A DNA stretch of 64,000 nt, from NCBI GenBank assembly GCA_964270895.1, contig OZ185452.1. One strand, written 5' to 3'. The stretch is from Podarcis filfolensis. Taxonomy: Eukaryota. The position numbers were made by a program, and so were the translations under genes. The notes beneath the pieces were generated by a model that worked only from the letters and a program-made list of their open reading frames with translations, did no database searches and was not told the DNA's origin. Shown piece by piece: positions 1 to 13,700 of the stretch. Within the stretch, counting starts at the first letter, position 1. Each line of letters starts with the position of its first letter.

Positions 1-989
1 CTTCTGATAGGAAATGCTATTGTGGGAGGACGAAAATGAGAGGGGGAAATCAAGGAGGGTCAGTTGTGTGGGGGAGTGAAATGTCCCTATTTTCACCAGA
101 GGAATGTTGGAAGGTATCTGAGATCCTGGCAAATTAATACGTGAGCAAAGTAGGGAATTTGGGCAAATGCCACTGATCAAGTATGGGATGAAAGAGTTCT
201 TCCCTTTTTGCTTAAAAACCCTTTTACACAATGTGAAAAGCACGGGGGCCCTGCCTTCCTTACCAGAAGCAATAATAAAGTTTCATTTTTGCTTGTCGGC
301 CCATTTTACATATCAGGAGGAAGCAGCGGTCTAACCAAAAGCAAAAGCTGTTGACCGCAGTGAGCAACATGTAACTCACTCAAAAGACTTCAGGGACAGA
401 AGATAACAGTCATAGTTGCCTCCTGCCGCCCTGCTATCAAAACTTGAAATAGGTTTGAAGTTTAAGGAAGTGGCTTGCAGATGTTTTAACCTCTTTTGGT
501 GTTTTTCCCGGCAAAGCCCCATCAAGGTGCTGCTTCTGCTTGAATCTATGCTACCTGGTTGCTTAGGGAAATTTGAAATATTTGTGAAGGAAGGTGTGAG
601 GTTTCTGTGAAGTATTGCAGGAAAGGCATGTGTTCATAGGGGGAAGGTGACCGCAAAAGAGTTCCCCTTATTCACCAGTTTCCTGAAAAACCCTGCAGAA
701 GTCATTAACTTGCATCACACAGAATCTTTCGAAGAGGTCATGCTTATTGCCCACTGAAATTTTCATGCTGGTGGCAGATCAAAAGGATGTTATGCGACTT
801 TCTGGATTACTCACACTTTTACCAACATGTGTGTTATACAGCTTCTTGTCTTTTGTCCAAAGGGGAATAAACATGCCTCCCTATAATATGTAAATGTGTT
901 AGTTGGTTGTTTGTTTGGTTGGTTGGTTAAGGGGCTTTTAAAAAACAACAACAGGTAAGCAACTTCGACCTCATCTTATCTTAGAATTA

Positions 990-1248
990 CCGTATTTTTC
1001 ACTCTATAAGACGCACCAGACCACAAGACGCACCTAGTTTTTGGAGGAAGAAAACAAGAAAAAAAATATTCTGAATCTCAGAAGCCAGAACAGCAAGAGG
1101 GATCACTACGCAGTGAAAGCAGCAATCCCTCTTGCTGTTCTGGCTTCTGGGATAGCTGTGCAGCATGCATTCACTCCATAAGACGCACACACATTTCCCC
1201 TTACTTTTTAGGAGGGAAAAAGTGAGTCTTATAGAGCAAAAAATATGG
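990..1248. mobile_element. Tc1/mariner-type MITE (CCGTATTTTTC family)
   Basis: TIRs ccgtatttttc / aaaaatatgg, TA TSDs, central hairpin. Confidence 0.8.
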
Positions 1249-1294
1249 TATTTTATAAGCTTCTGCCAATTTATGTACTGTATGTGTGTTTATA

Positions 1295-1665
1295 GCTAAG
1301 GATGGGTGGCTACTGTAGAGTTGTGGAAGAGCAACCAAAATTATAAAGATAGAACAACTCCCCTCTGAGGAAAGGTTGCAGCATTTGGGATCGAATGTTG
1401 GACTATAAAAGGACTTTTCAATGCAGTACTTAGTTAAACTATGGAACTTGCTCTCTCAGGAAGCAGTGATGGCCACCAACTTGGATGGCTTCAAAATAAG
1501 ATTAGAGGAATTCATGGAGCATAAGGCTATTAGTGGCTGTTAACCATGATGGCTATGCTTTGTCTCCACAGTCGGAGGCAGTATGCTTCTGAATACCAGT
1601 TGCTGGAAACCATAGGGGAGTGCTCTCATGCTCAGGTCCTGCTTGCAGGCTTTCCACAGGCATCA
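1295..1665 (+). mobile_element. CR1-type LINE 3' fragment
   Basis: gtgatggccaccaacttggatggctt...ttcatggag...catgatggctatg, typical squamate CR1 3' end as recalled; related copies at about 39300-39570 and 58350-58620. Confidence 0.6.
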
Positions 1666-1895
1666 TGTGAAGAAATACAGTTAATGCCAATTAACTGACT
1701 CCGCATTTGTGTGTAATGAGAGTGAGTGGAACATCACCATTCATCAGTGTATAAGCTTCTATCATGTTCCTCCTTCAGTGTCAAATGACAGAGGATTTTT
1801 GGAGATGTTAAACCTTTTCCCTTCAGTCGTTTTGCCACTTAAAGTACTGACAAGATAAAAGTATTCTGTGCCATGTTTAGTTTGGCCCAACATTT

Positions 1896-1980
1896 GGAGG
1901 GAAACCATAGCTCAGTGGTAGAGTACATGCTTTGCACGCAGAAGATTCCTGGTTCAGTCCCTGGCATCTCCACAGAGGAC
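1896..1980 (+). mobile_element. tRNA-derived SINE head (Squam3-like); further copies at 23645-23830 (+), 38225-38385 (-), 45230-45550 (-), 37085-37170 (+)
   Basis: tagctcagtggtagag A-box and ggttcagtccc B-box followed by the SINE body rather than a tRNA acceptor stem. Confidence 0.65.
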
Positions 1981-4665
1981 TAGAAAAAGGCTAATTGTGG
2001 AATGCCACTTTGCGTCTGCTGCTAGTGCTCTACAGAGTTCGGATTTCATGAATTCATTAGCTGCTGGGGGTTGATGGATTATATTTTGTGCCCCACAAAG
2101 GGGCCTCCTACAGCCTCCTACAAATTCCCCAAACCACCCACGCATTCCAGCTTCCTTTGTGAGCTTTTCTGGACTGCCGGATTACACAACCTGAAGTGTG
2201 GCCATATAAAAAGCTACATAAAAACACTGCTTGTTTCTGGAACCAACGAGGCAGATGATTTTGGGGAATAACAAATCAGTTGTGACGCCACCCTCAGAAC
2301 ATGTGCATAATTAGCCTCACTCTACATTTCACTTGAGTTATAAAGGAGAGATCTTCTTGCAATATGATTACTTCCAGGAAACATACTTTGTCTGCATCTG
2401 GTATGCGTTACAGATTTCATAAGGGCTGGTCCTCATATTTACCTTCTACTGTACCATGTGGCTTGACTCCCTTGCTTCAGTCACCCTGTAGGATCCTCAG
2501 TGGGGCATGTCTTAAGGTGCCTCCAGACAGGAAGCTCCTAGTGCTAGACAATCATTGCTCTTCTGCTGTAAGGAAATGCAACTGAGGTCTCATCCACACT
2601 TCTAGGCACAGGTCTGAGAGGATTTTCTTTTGTCCTGCTGCTTTCCCGGGAAAATCTGCTGTTTACCACTGAATTAGAACAAAGTCAATCCACAAAAAAA
2701 CTTGATTGATGTTTGCTCTGATTCAGTGGTATACGGCTGGTTTTCCCAGGGAAAGAAGCAGAACAAAAACAAACAAACAAACCTAGAAGTCATGGACCAA
2801 ACAAAAGTGTAGATGAACCCTGACTTCCCATATTTCAGGGATATAGTGGCTTTTTTGTGGTTTATTCATCCTGCTGTTTTTCATCCACAGGATGGATAGA
2901 GGTGTGTATGTAGGACAGGCACAATTCACGTGAACAGCCATTTCCCCCACTTTTAAAATCTAGCCTTTTCATCAATGATTTAATTTGCATTAAAGCACAT
3001 GTTTATTCAAGTACAATTGTGCTATTACTTTCAGAGCTAGTAAAAAATGTTTTGAAATGGAAAGTTCTCTCAAACTATGTAAAGGAATGCAAAATGACAT
3101 GACACCAAACACAAGTATTGTTTATGATAACACTGGCCAGAATCTTGTAAAGAACACATTGGAAGATGTTGAAAACCTAATTAAATGGGCCTTCTAAGGA
3201 AACTCTTGGAACAACCAAATACTGTAAAACTAACAGCTGTGCTTAAGGAGAAAAAGAGAGGAAGTTATTAATGGTTGGAGTTTGGTAGCTAAGAAGGAAT
3301 TGGGGAACTTGGGACAAGAAATAAACAAGTTAGTTACATTTTGAAACTGCCAATTATTTATTTATTTATCTATTTACAATACATTCATTTTCTTTCTAAT
3401 ATTAGTATAGAAATCATTTATATGCACGCACACACACACAGTTTCATGCTGCATTATATTTAGCATATATAGATTAATATAGTTGGGGTATAAAGAATAT
3501 TCAAAAAGGAAGGAATTAATATAAATGTTTTTAAATATTATGAAGTGTTTTAGGATGACTGGAAAAAATTAAGAAGTGCTAAAATTAATGGTGAAGAAAA
3601 ATGATTATTTTTTTTAATCAGTTTTATAATCACCCCTATAACTGTATTTCAGTTAAGCACTATTGTATGCATATGTTCATTTTAAAAAGAAATATAGATG
3701 GAAAAGAATTCTAGCACTAAATAGAATACAAATTTAAATGGTGTAAAGTGGCAATAGATTCCCCGGCACATATCATAACTAGAACTGTTAAACTGACAGA
3801 AGTGCTAAAGTAGTCTATACTTGCAGGGACGGCATTGCTCTTCAATTCTTTTAAAAAGCATCAGATATTCTGCGGTCTGATGTAGATTCCCCATAAAATA
3901 TGAACCAAGTGTTGCAATTCTACACTATGAGCTTTGTGATGAAGCACTTTGGGGCAGTGTCACTTAATGGAGAGGAAATGGGGCTGTTGTCTGAAGAGCC
4001 CTGCTCTCTGGGAAAAGGTGTAGTATGTGACAATTTGGCCTGGGGTGAGCCACGGAATGAGAGATGAGACTTTTTATGTGGACAGAAGGCAGATAAATAC
4101 CTGAATATTTGTAAATTAACAGACTATGGAGTGTGAGTGCAAATTTCCAGTACTCTCATCTACAAAGAATAAATAGGATCTTATGGTGACTGTCCCCAAA
4201 ACCTTCAACTGCTTGGGGAAGTGGAAGCAGACAATGAAGCAACTACTGTATATCCTGCTAGCTTGAGCTACAACTTGCATTTTCAGAGTGTAGCATCTTA
4301 AATGATAATTAATAACCAAGTGACAGATACAAGCTCAATAGAAATGACTGGAAAGGAAAGAATGGGGGATGTTTCTATCAGTGTGGCAAAAACAACAACT
4401 CCAAACACCCCCAAACTGTATAGAATCTATGTAGGTTCATTCTAGCTTAGCTATACAGCATCAAAGTAACTACACCCTATACATTTATATATGCAGGTCT
4501 ATTCCACACAGGGTTTAAAACAGGAAACTAGATATAGCCTCTTCAAAATATAGATATGTTCTGTGCATGGAGAGTTCACTAAAGCAGGTAAAAGATTAGA
4601 AGACACAGTAAACAGGAAGGATGCCTACTAGCACATTATAGTCAAAGCAAAGCAGTCCATGGCAG

Positions 4666-4773
4666 TCATAGATGCTGAGCTGCAAGAATGGAGTTGACTG
4701 GCATGCTGACCTTCCTCTTCTTCCCTGGGCCACTTGCTTCCTCCTGGCTAAAAGCACTGTCCAGTCTCAATTT
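4666..4773 (-). CDS. HORMAD2: HORMAD2 last coding exon [35 protein letters not shown]
   Basis: Strong acceptor tcttcttttcccattactcttgcag, phase 0; C-terminal closure-motif-like KKRKVS-x-P; TGA at 4668-4666. Confidence 0.85.
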   Translation of the reverse strand, partial: KLRLDSAFSQEEASGPGKKRKVSMPVNSILAAQHL

Positions 4774-7700
4774 CTGCAAGAGTAATGGGAAAGAAGATTG
4801 GTTCTTCAGTATATCTTGTAATTCTAGGCACATCTGCCTCTCTAGAGGTATTCTAGACAGTATTTCAAACTGTGTATTATTCACTAAACTTTCCATCAAC
4901 TTAAACTTTTCCCCATCAACTTGTCTGCTAAGGAATACTTGCAAGACGATTGATGGAACTGTAACATATTGCAGAATATTCCATAGCATGTTTTAGGGAA
5001 TGAGTTCCCAAATTGTAATCCACGGACCATCAGCAAGCTTCATTCAGTTGGTCTGCAGCGTATCTGCATCAACTATTAATATTGATTTTAAAATGTATTT
5101 TCATTCCTCCTGTCATTTCTTATGGTGTTACAGACTGAATTCTATGCAGTGCAAATTGTAATACAATAAAATACAATATAAGAAATATAAGAAGCAAGAG
5201 AAATACAATTAAAAATCATACAGGACATTACAATTGCTGCAACAGGAGAGAGAAAAACCATTAAGCGGTCTGTCTAGCTAGGTCTTGGTTGAGACTGTGA
5301 CCTGGAAGAACATACTCAGCATCCACCTGCAACTGTACATTGAAGGGGAAGATATCTAGTGGAAGCGAGAAGCAAGCCTACTTCTCATGGAATCTTGTCA
5401 GACATTATGCATCTTTTCTTTGTGCTTGAGGAGAAATTCGATTCAGTTTGCTTTTAAAAGGAAGCTTACCTAATTTGCACTATCAGAAACAATACAGCAA
5501 CTGAAACAAACCACCCTTTGAAATTTGTATGTCTTTGAATTTTGCAGTGCAGCTCTCCGGCCAAGCAATGTGTACAAAAATCCATATATTGGGAGAAAGT
5601 GTGCATATAAATGAATATTAGTGGAAATAACAAATACAAATCTACATGCTGGGAAATTGCTTTGCAAAATTGTGTATATTGGGAAAAATTGTGTATAAAA
5701 TGTGTTTATTAGGAGCAATTTGCACTAAATTGCTGATTAATGTTCATGAGGATTAAAACAAAAATCACAAACTGATGTAGAAATATGGAGAACCAAATTT
5801 AAGAATGGAAAAATGAGGAATTGGGAGAAACCAAAATTGTCATATTCACCCGCAGTATACAGTTTGAGTGCCACAGCTTTAGAAGACTGTAGCCTTTTGA
5901 ATGTGCTGCAATATCAAACAATGGCAAGTACACACAGTCACATCCAACTACCCTAATCAACATTCATGGCCCAAGGCCAACAGTCCATTTTCTGAATCTT
6001 CTTTAATTGTATTCATACATCAGATTGTGCCACAAAATATCCTTGTGTCCCAGGCTTAGCTTATTTGTTTTCAGTGAAAAAGCATTTTGTTACAGGTCTT
6101 TTAATTGTATCTAGGTAGTGGGAAGGTTCAGAGCAGAGGGACTAGAGCATCCTTCATCAACCTAGTGCCGTCCAGATGTTATGGTTTTACAGCTTTCATC
6201 CTTGTTCCATCATGAGGCCATGTTCTATGTTCTACTACCAAGCGAATGCTGTAACCATGGCTTCTAAGTGACACAACAGCATAGGAGCCAAGTCCTAGGG
6301 GCTGAGGGTTCTTTGCCCCCCAATAAAATATTTGACACCCCCCCCCAAGTTGATGGGCATTGCCATGCAAATAGTGTGTGTGTCGTGTCATGTGATCGAT
6401 TATGCAGGATGGGGCTTACCAGTCCCCGCAACATTTTATTCAACTTGGCACCCCTGCACCACAGCACTATTTCATTGCAATTGGCTGCCCTTCCATTTTT
6501 CTGACCCTGAGGAAAGTTCCCTTCTCCACAGAATTACTTAACGATGGTGATGATTAATCATAATCATAAATGTAAAAACAAACATTTACGGTAATCTGTA
6601 TAAATTATTTTTGGGCACAGAATAGCGATAGAGAAACTGTGACGCTTAAGTTGCTGTTTGTTTTCAACTCTCATCAGCCCCAGACAGCATGGCCAATGTA
6701 TAGGGGTTGTGGAAGTTGTAATCTAACAACAACTAATGGGCCAGAGGTTCCATGTTCCATGCATGGAAATGCAGAAATTTCATTGACTATTTTTTAGACA
6801 TCCACAGATTGCACACAGCTCAAGGTACAGTATATAAAACTTTACACAGCCAGATCTCACAGTGCACCTCTTTACCCTGTACATAGTGGCAGAATTGCAA
6901 CCACAAGGATCGCGTTTCCTTTGCAGAAATGCTGCTTTTGAGGGCTCAAATGCTTTCTTCTAGCTGGTCTATAAATATTATTCTACCTTAAACAAAAATA
7001 AACTATTTTTATAGAAGGGAGGAAACCTCAAATTGTTAGAAAGCAACCATTTCCAACCTAGGCTTAAGAGTAAATGCAGGAGTTGCTAGATAGAAGAACT
7101 TTTCCCACAGTTTTCTGTTACTTCTGTTAATGCAGTGATCTCCTCATCCCCACATCATCAAAAAGGATAAGTCCAGCCTTTGCACAGGGGACTGTCTTCA
7201 TTGAAGACTGGAGAAGTTAAGTACACAGGATTAAGCTGACTTCCCCACCACAGCCACTATCAAATGGCTGGGAATTTAAAATGCATGAGTAGGGACTTCC
7301 GCTGTGCCTCATGCAGGGCTGGCCTGAGACCAAGACATTTTGATGCCTAAGGCAAAAACAGCTACATTCCCCTACCCCATGCACAGACACTAATTGAAGT
7401 AGCTGACAGCACAAGTAAGTTCAAATGTAGAAGTTCTATTGAAGTGAATGGGAGAGACATTGGTACAAACATGCCTTGTTGCAAAACTGAAGACATGTTT
7501 TGGGGCACAGATAAGTCAGTTTTTAAAGAAAAATCATTGTCTTGTGAATTAAGGTTTAATTTTAAGCTCTTCCTATGCAAAGGATTTAGTTCAAATTAGA
7601 AATGGTCTGATGCTGGGATAGCTCAGTCGGAAGAGCATGAGACTATTAATCTCGGAGCTGTGGGTTCAAGCCCCACATTAAGCAAAAAGATTCCTACATT

Positions 7701-10700
7701 GGAGGCGATTGGACTAGATGACCTTGTTGTACATTCCAACTCTACACTTCTATGATTCTAGGAACATTTCGGCTCAAGTTCTTTTGGTGATTTGGGAAGG
7801 GGTGGGGAGGAGAACTCCCCTGAAGTTTTGGGGGTGGGAAATGTTTATAAGAATTTGGAAAGGGACTGGTTTGCCTTCATTTATCAGGAAAGGTGGCTAA
7901 GTGGAGTAGGGAGTTTTTCTCTAAAAAAAACAAAAAAAAAACCCCCAAATTTTATGACAACTGTAAGTCACATGAGTGCTCTTTGCATCTTCCCTGCTGC
8001 ATTTCCAGGTCCAACTGGAACAACAATGTGTAGTTCCCAACTCAACCTCACAACTTGAAAATTCTTATTTTCATTACCACAACCTCCTCAAATTATGAAG
8101 TCTCTCCCCCCCCCCAAAAAAAACCTAGGCAATATTAACAAGAATCCAGTTCAGCTCTCAGGTGGATGCTCATAAGCAAACGGGGCTCTCAGGCCTATCG
8201 CAGCTGCCTCCCCAGTCTCAGCTTCATCAGAATATCACTCTTCTCTTCTTGGCCTGTCTCCCATCCCATGATGGTACAGGTGGTTGAAGGATGGAGTAAA
8301 CCTAAGGCTTTTCCATGCCTTTTAGTTAGGTGGTAAGTAATCCAACTGATTCCTAATTTGCTCCCTCTAGTTCTTCTCCCATTACAGATTGCCTCAAAGG
8401 TCACTGCAACTGAGGAGAGGGTGTGGCAAGGAGTGAGGCTAGAGGCTGAACTTCAAGATTAGATGATGTAAGGGATGAATGTGGTTGGTGGATATTTGGA
8501 TATATATATCGTTTTATTTATTGTATCCTTCTTTTGTATTAATATGTTGTTCACTGTTGTGGAAGCCTTTGGGCCAAAAAGCAGTACAGTATATAAATAA
8601 ACCGTAGCAAATAAATCATAATGTTGGGAGAATGCCCATTTAATTAGGCCCCATAATTTAATCAGGAGCACCAAATATAAACAAACAGCCAGGTTAACTA
8701 ATTGACTAGCACAAGAGTCCAAACTAGTAATAATTCCTGCCTCTCCTACAACTTCTCAAATTCATACTCCTCCATCATCTCCCAAGACCGATGGATGCCA
8801 ACAACAAGATGAGGGAAAAGGAAACAGGGTTATGCCAGGGGAAACTTATGGTAGACATGAATCTATTCATTCAAATATGTCATTTTTTGTAATGTTTGAG
8901 GCCCAAGACCAGGATCTTCCATAGTTTTTTTTTAAAAAGCCTATATATACCTCTAGTTTTTACCAAATATGGTAAGGGAAACTATGAAAAGCAAGTGAAT
9001 ACTAAAGCCACCCCTTTCTGTGAAATTCTTTCCATACTAGTATTTCCACTGTCATTTGAATGTGTGTGTATATCATTAGAAAAGTGACTTTGCAAGAAAG
9101 GCATTTTCATCTTTTTTAAGATCTGTTCCCTAGATAGCCCCTGTCTCAGGCAAACATCCTTTCTGCCCTTCCCTGGAATCACAACAGTGGAAAAGTTTCT
9201 GCTCCACCCTGTTGCTTCTTTGGAGCTTTCTTTGTCCTAGGAAAAGCAGTCCTTCTTCTGCAATGTTAAGGATGGAGGTATGTCTGAGAGTTCCTGCCGA
9301 AGGGGAGAGAGCTGCTTTTAGGGAAAGTCTGTCTGCCCCAATACTTCTTTAGTCACACTTTTAACATGCTGTGTGGAGAATGGATGGCTAGATGGGGAAG
9401 AACCAGTTGGTGGCTGGAGGGGGTGTGGGTTGGAACTGCCACATTTTCCTAGCAACAGCACTTGTTTGAGTGATCAGCAAAAGTGATACCACTACAATGG
9501 GTGTGCCAGCTGGATGGCAGACACTATAAGAGCCAGGCTAAATGGAAGAGATTTAGAAATAAAATACATTTAGGTCACCCAGAGCAACTTAATAATCCAT
9601 TCCATTCTAACAATTTTCATAGGGGTAGTCTGTTACTAGATCTACTCATGTATCTGTACACGCATATGTGAAACCGTGGGGCTCGTTACTGGAGATGCTT
9701 GTATGCCACAGATGTTATTGAAATGGACACTATTATTTTAAAAATACCGGCTGAAATCCTGCTTATTTAAGGGAGTTAGCGAAGACCAACGAATGTAAGA
9801 AAAGGTCCTGCTTACAAGCATCTGGCTGGGCACTATGAGAACAGAATTCTAGGTTAGATGGGCCATTAGCCAGCTCCAGCAGACAGTCTCTTTTTATGTT
9901 CTTAATCTAAATGAATATGTGTTTATTTACAAAAAAATGGCAGACATAAGTAAAATGGCTTTGCAGCTAAAAGTGACAAAACATAAAGATAAAATAGCAG
10001 GGAGGTTAGTGAATACAATCTACTGAGGTTACCCAAATCTATATTGCCTGGATCATTAGCTTAAAAGTTCTTATTAGAAATAGAGAGATACAATAAGATA
10101 TGCCATTATGGAATATGAGTAGGTATTCAGAAACCCAGACAAGCTATTGGGAAACTGAAATCCACCAGGAAGGGGGAAATTTCACATGCAAATGATGTGG
10201 GTTCAGATCTGACATGAACTGATCTGTGTCTGAACTGAGGGAGATCAGTGGAATAAAAGAAGGTAGAGAGAAGTGAGAGGGTACATGCAATAGTTTTAAT
10301 GGAATTGACAAGCTGCATTACAGCTAATGTGTGCAACAGCATCCCAGCCCCTTTCTGGAATGAGTGTTTAGAGCAGAGAACTGGCAAAGGTGGGTGGGTT
10401 GATTAACATTTTCTTTGTTCACCATTTCATAATTCCTCCCTCAAAGCTCCTTTCCTTAGCATAGGGTTCCAAACACACATTATCCTTGCAAATGCACACT
10501 TTGAATCTCATAGGAGAGGAAGTTATTTGGGCAGGAAATGGGTGAGATTTAGAGTAAAGAAATGGTGGACACAGAAAGGATTAAGCAGCCTTCCCTTCTA
10601 TTTCTAAATTTCCCCTTTGGAACGGACTTTAACTTTTTAAAAGTTAAACACACTTACATCCCACTTACATCCCACAGGGATGGGAAATCTGTGGCTCTCC

Positions 10701-13700
10701 TGTTGTCTCCCATCTGCTCCAGCCAAAGTTGCCAATATATAGGAATAGTCTGAGATGGTGCGATCAACACATGGAGGACCACAGGTTCCCATCTCTCTAT
10801 TGGTTAGCTCTTGAGCCAAGTAAAGATAAAGGTAAAGGGACCCCTGACCATTAGGTCCAGTCGTAGCCGACTCTGGGGTTGCGGCACTCATCTCACTTTA
10901 TTGGCCGAAGGAGCCGGTGTACAGAAGAAGAAGAAGAAGAGTTTGGATTTGATATCCCGCCTTTCACTCCCCTTCAGGAGTCTCAAAGCGGCTAACATTC
11001 TCCTTTCCTTTCCTCCCCCACAACAAACACTCTGTGACGTGAGTGGGGCTGAGAGACTTTAAAGAAGTGTGACTGGCCCAAGGTCACCCAGCAGCTGCAT
11101 GTGGAGGAGCGGAGACGTAAACCCGGTTCCCCAGATTACGAGACTACCGCTCTTAACCACTACACCACACTGGCTCTCAAGTGCAGCTTCCGGGTCATGT
11201 GGCCAGCATGACTAAGCCGCTTCTGGCGAACCAGAGCAGTGCACGGAAACACCGTTTACCTTCCCGCCGGAGCTTACTTGCACTTTGACGTGCTTTCAAA
11301 CTGCTAGGTTGGCAGGAGCAGGCACCGAGCAACAGGAGCTCACCCCATCGTGGGAATTCGAACCGCCGACCTTCTGATCAGCAAGCCCTAGGCTCTGTGG
11401 TTTGTCCCACAGCGCCACCAGCGTCCCTCTTGAGCCAAGTACTTCAGCTTAATTTGGCTGTATTCCGGGGTGCAAGTAAAGAAGAGTCAGCTACAAAATG
11501 AGATCACCCTAATACATTCTTTGATCTCTCTTGCCTACATTTTACTGCACTTTCTTACCACAATGTTATATTCAAATTTTTGTAGTCTGGTTTTCTTTGT
11601 GAGCCCGATTCCACTAAAGTATGTGCTAATCATTTATTTGGCTTGCCTACTTCCTAGTGAGACAATGGGAAGGGAAAGTCCCTGTGGTATGTGGAACAGA
11701 ATGAATGAATCATTCACAAAGTAATGGCATTTTGAGATCAGCGTACTGCTTTTGTCTAGCAACCTGGTGTTCTTTTCCCCTGAAGTAGTCCACATGATCT
11801 TGCCTGTAGTCAGGAGAGTCTCTGAAAAATGGGAGTCCATTTTCCCATTGATAAAATTGCCAATGAAAATGGTTATTTATTTATGCTAGAAATTAATTAC
11901 TGTGGTGACAAAAAGTAGAGGGAAGAATGTGCCCACATCTATTCCTTGACAGTAGAGTGCCCAGTACTAACGTGTTCTACTTTAATACAAGCCATCAAAT
12001 TTAAATCTGCAGCATGCATGAATCATGCCATTTTAATGAGGGCCACTATCCACAGTGTGTGTTCAATGAGTCAGCACTTTCAGACTGCTGAGTAAAGGAA
12101 GTGCAAAACTGTATCCTTCCTATTTTTTCATACAAGAGACAAGGGCTGACGTGAACAAGCCCTAAACTTACTCAATGATTACTTCAGACAAAATGTCATG
12201 TCATCATTTCAAAATATACCACATACACTGAGTCAGTAGCCTCATGGGTCAAAGTTTGGACACCATTACAGGGCACCAAACTTTCAGTTATTTAATATAT
12301 TACAGTATGTATATTTTTGTCCTGTGCTGCCACTGAGACTTTCTGCCTCAAGCACTGAAATGTTTTGGGCTGACACAGGGTTAACGAGCATTTTTTACTC
12401 TATGAAGCCAAACCCTCTAGCAGTACCCTTGTCCTCCTCAGCTTTCTTTTTAAAAACATTGCAAGATGTTCATAGAAGCACTGAAGTATATTTTCCCTTA
12501 CATAGGTTTCTATTATCACCTTCATCTGGCTATGCATTACTGTGTGTTGTACATTGCAAACAGTTAAAATAATTTTAAAAGAAACCTTTTAATGGATTGC
12601 AAAATCATTGGCTTAATAATTTATATAGCACTTTTGTGGTGTTCAAAGTCTGCACACACTTATTTCAGAAATCTTTTCCTGTAAGACAGGCCAGTCTTAC
12701 CACTCTAATCTTGCAGGCAGGCGGCTGAGGCTGCAATCCTAAGAGGTGTGTGTGTGTGCAAAATCCAAAGACAGTTCTACAGTCATTTGATTTCATCAAC
12801 CATTATCAAGAAGTTCCAAAACCATGGCACATTTGTAATCCAGAGATTACGAATTCCCCCCTCCTCAATCTAACTTGAATACTAAAGGATTTTACATCTT
12901 GACAGAACCAACACAACTACTGCTGTTTTAAGGAAAGTCAGCATTGATTCCAAGCATCCCCTAAAAGCTGAAAACAAGCATTAAGTTCTCATCTAATGTT
13001 GGCACCATCATGTGGCACTAGGGATTGGTTAGAGGTGTGGCCTAATGCTAGAAGATCTAGCTGTTTCAGATAAATCACAATTTGGGGTTTTTGCTTTTTA
13101 GGTGGTATTGCGTTGTGCACTATTGCAAAATATTTTCCAGACTTCCGGGACTCCTACTGGAAATGCAGATACATTGGCTTTAGGTGGTGTCAGCGAAGAC
13201 AGTAAGCCACATTCTCCAGCTTCAGGTGTCACTTCAGGGTGCAGGGATAGTTGAAGGGAAAAATTGATTTCACATGGTGCATGAAGACTTATTGAAGTGT
13301 TGGTCCAAGCTAGGGGTAGAGGAACATTTGCATACCACTTCAGGCAGAAAAATGCTTTGAACTGGCACTGGTAGTCAGAGAAGCAGCTATTGTTAATCAT
13401 GTTTACAATGTAGTGATGCTCACCTGATGAGATGCTTTTTCTGCCCCTTTTACACCAGTCTTTCTAGATGTTTCTGAAATATAAACATTATGCTGTTTCA
13501 GGTAGATATCTTTTAAAAAATACTCTATTATTTAAATATATACCTTTTAAAAAAGATTTTGATAAACACAAATTTATAATACAGACAAATCACTGAATAC
13601 AAAGGAGCTAAATCAGGAAAATTAAAATGCATCTCTTTTAATGTAAAATATTAGTTGGACACCAGATCAGTCATAAGAACATAATCCCTACTGCATAAGA

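Noticed and set aside
1896-1980. tRNA gene candidates (also 7611-7680 and 23645-23710)
   Set aside because: A/B boxes are present but there are no intact cloverleaf acceptor stems, and each continues into a SINE body or CR1 tail.
4774-4989. Upstream part of the 107-aa minus ORF as HORMAD2 coding
   Set aside because: A strong phase-0 acceptor at 4774-4775 defines the exon; the rest is intron read-through.
8388-8462. Plus-strand acceptor followed by [24 protein letters not shown] in the last HORMAD2 intron
   Set aside because: Isolated, with no partner exons or recognisable homology.
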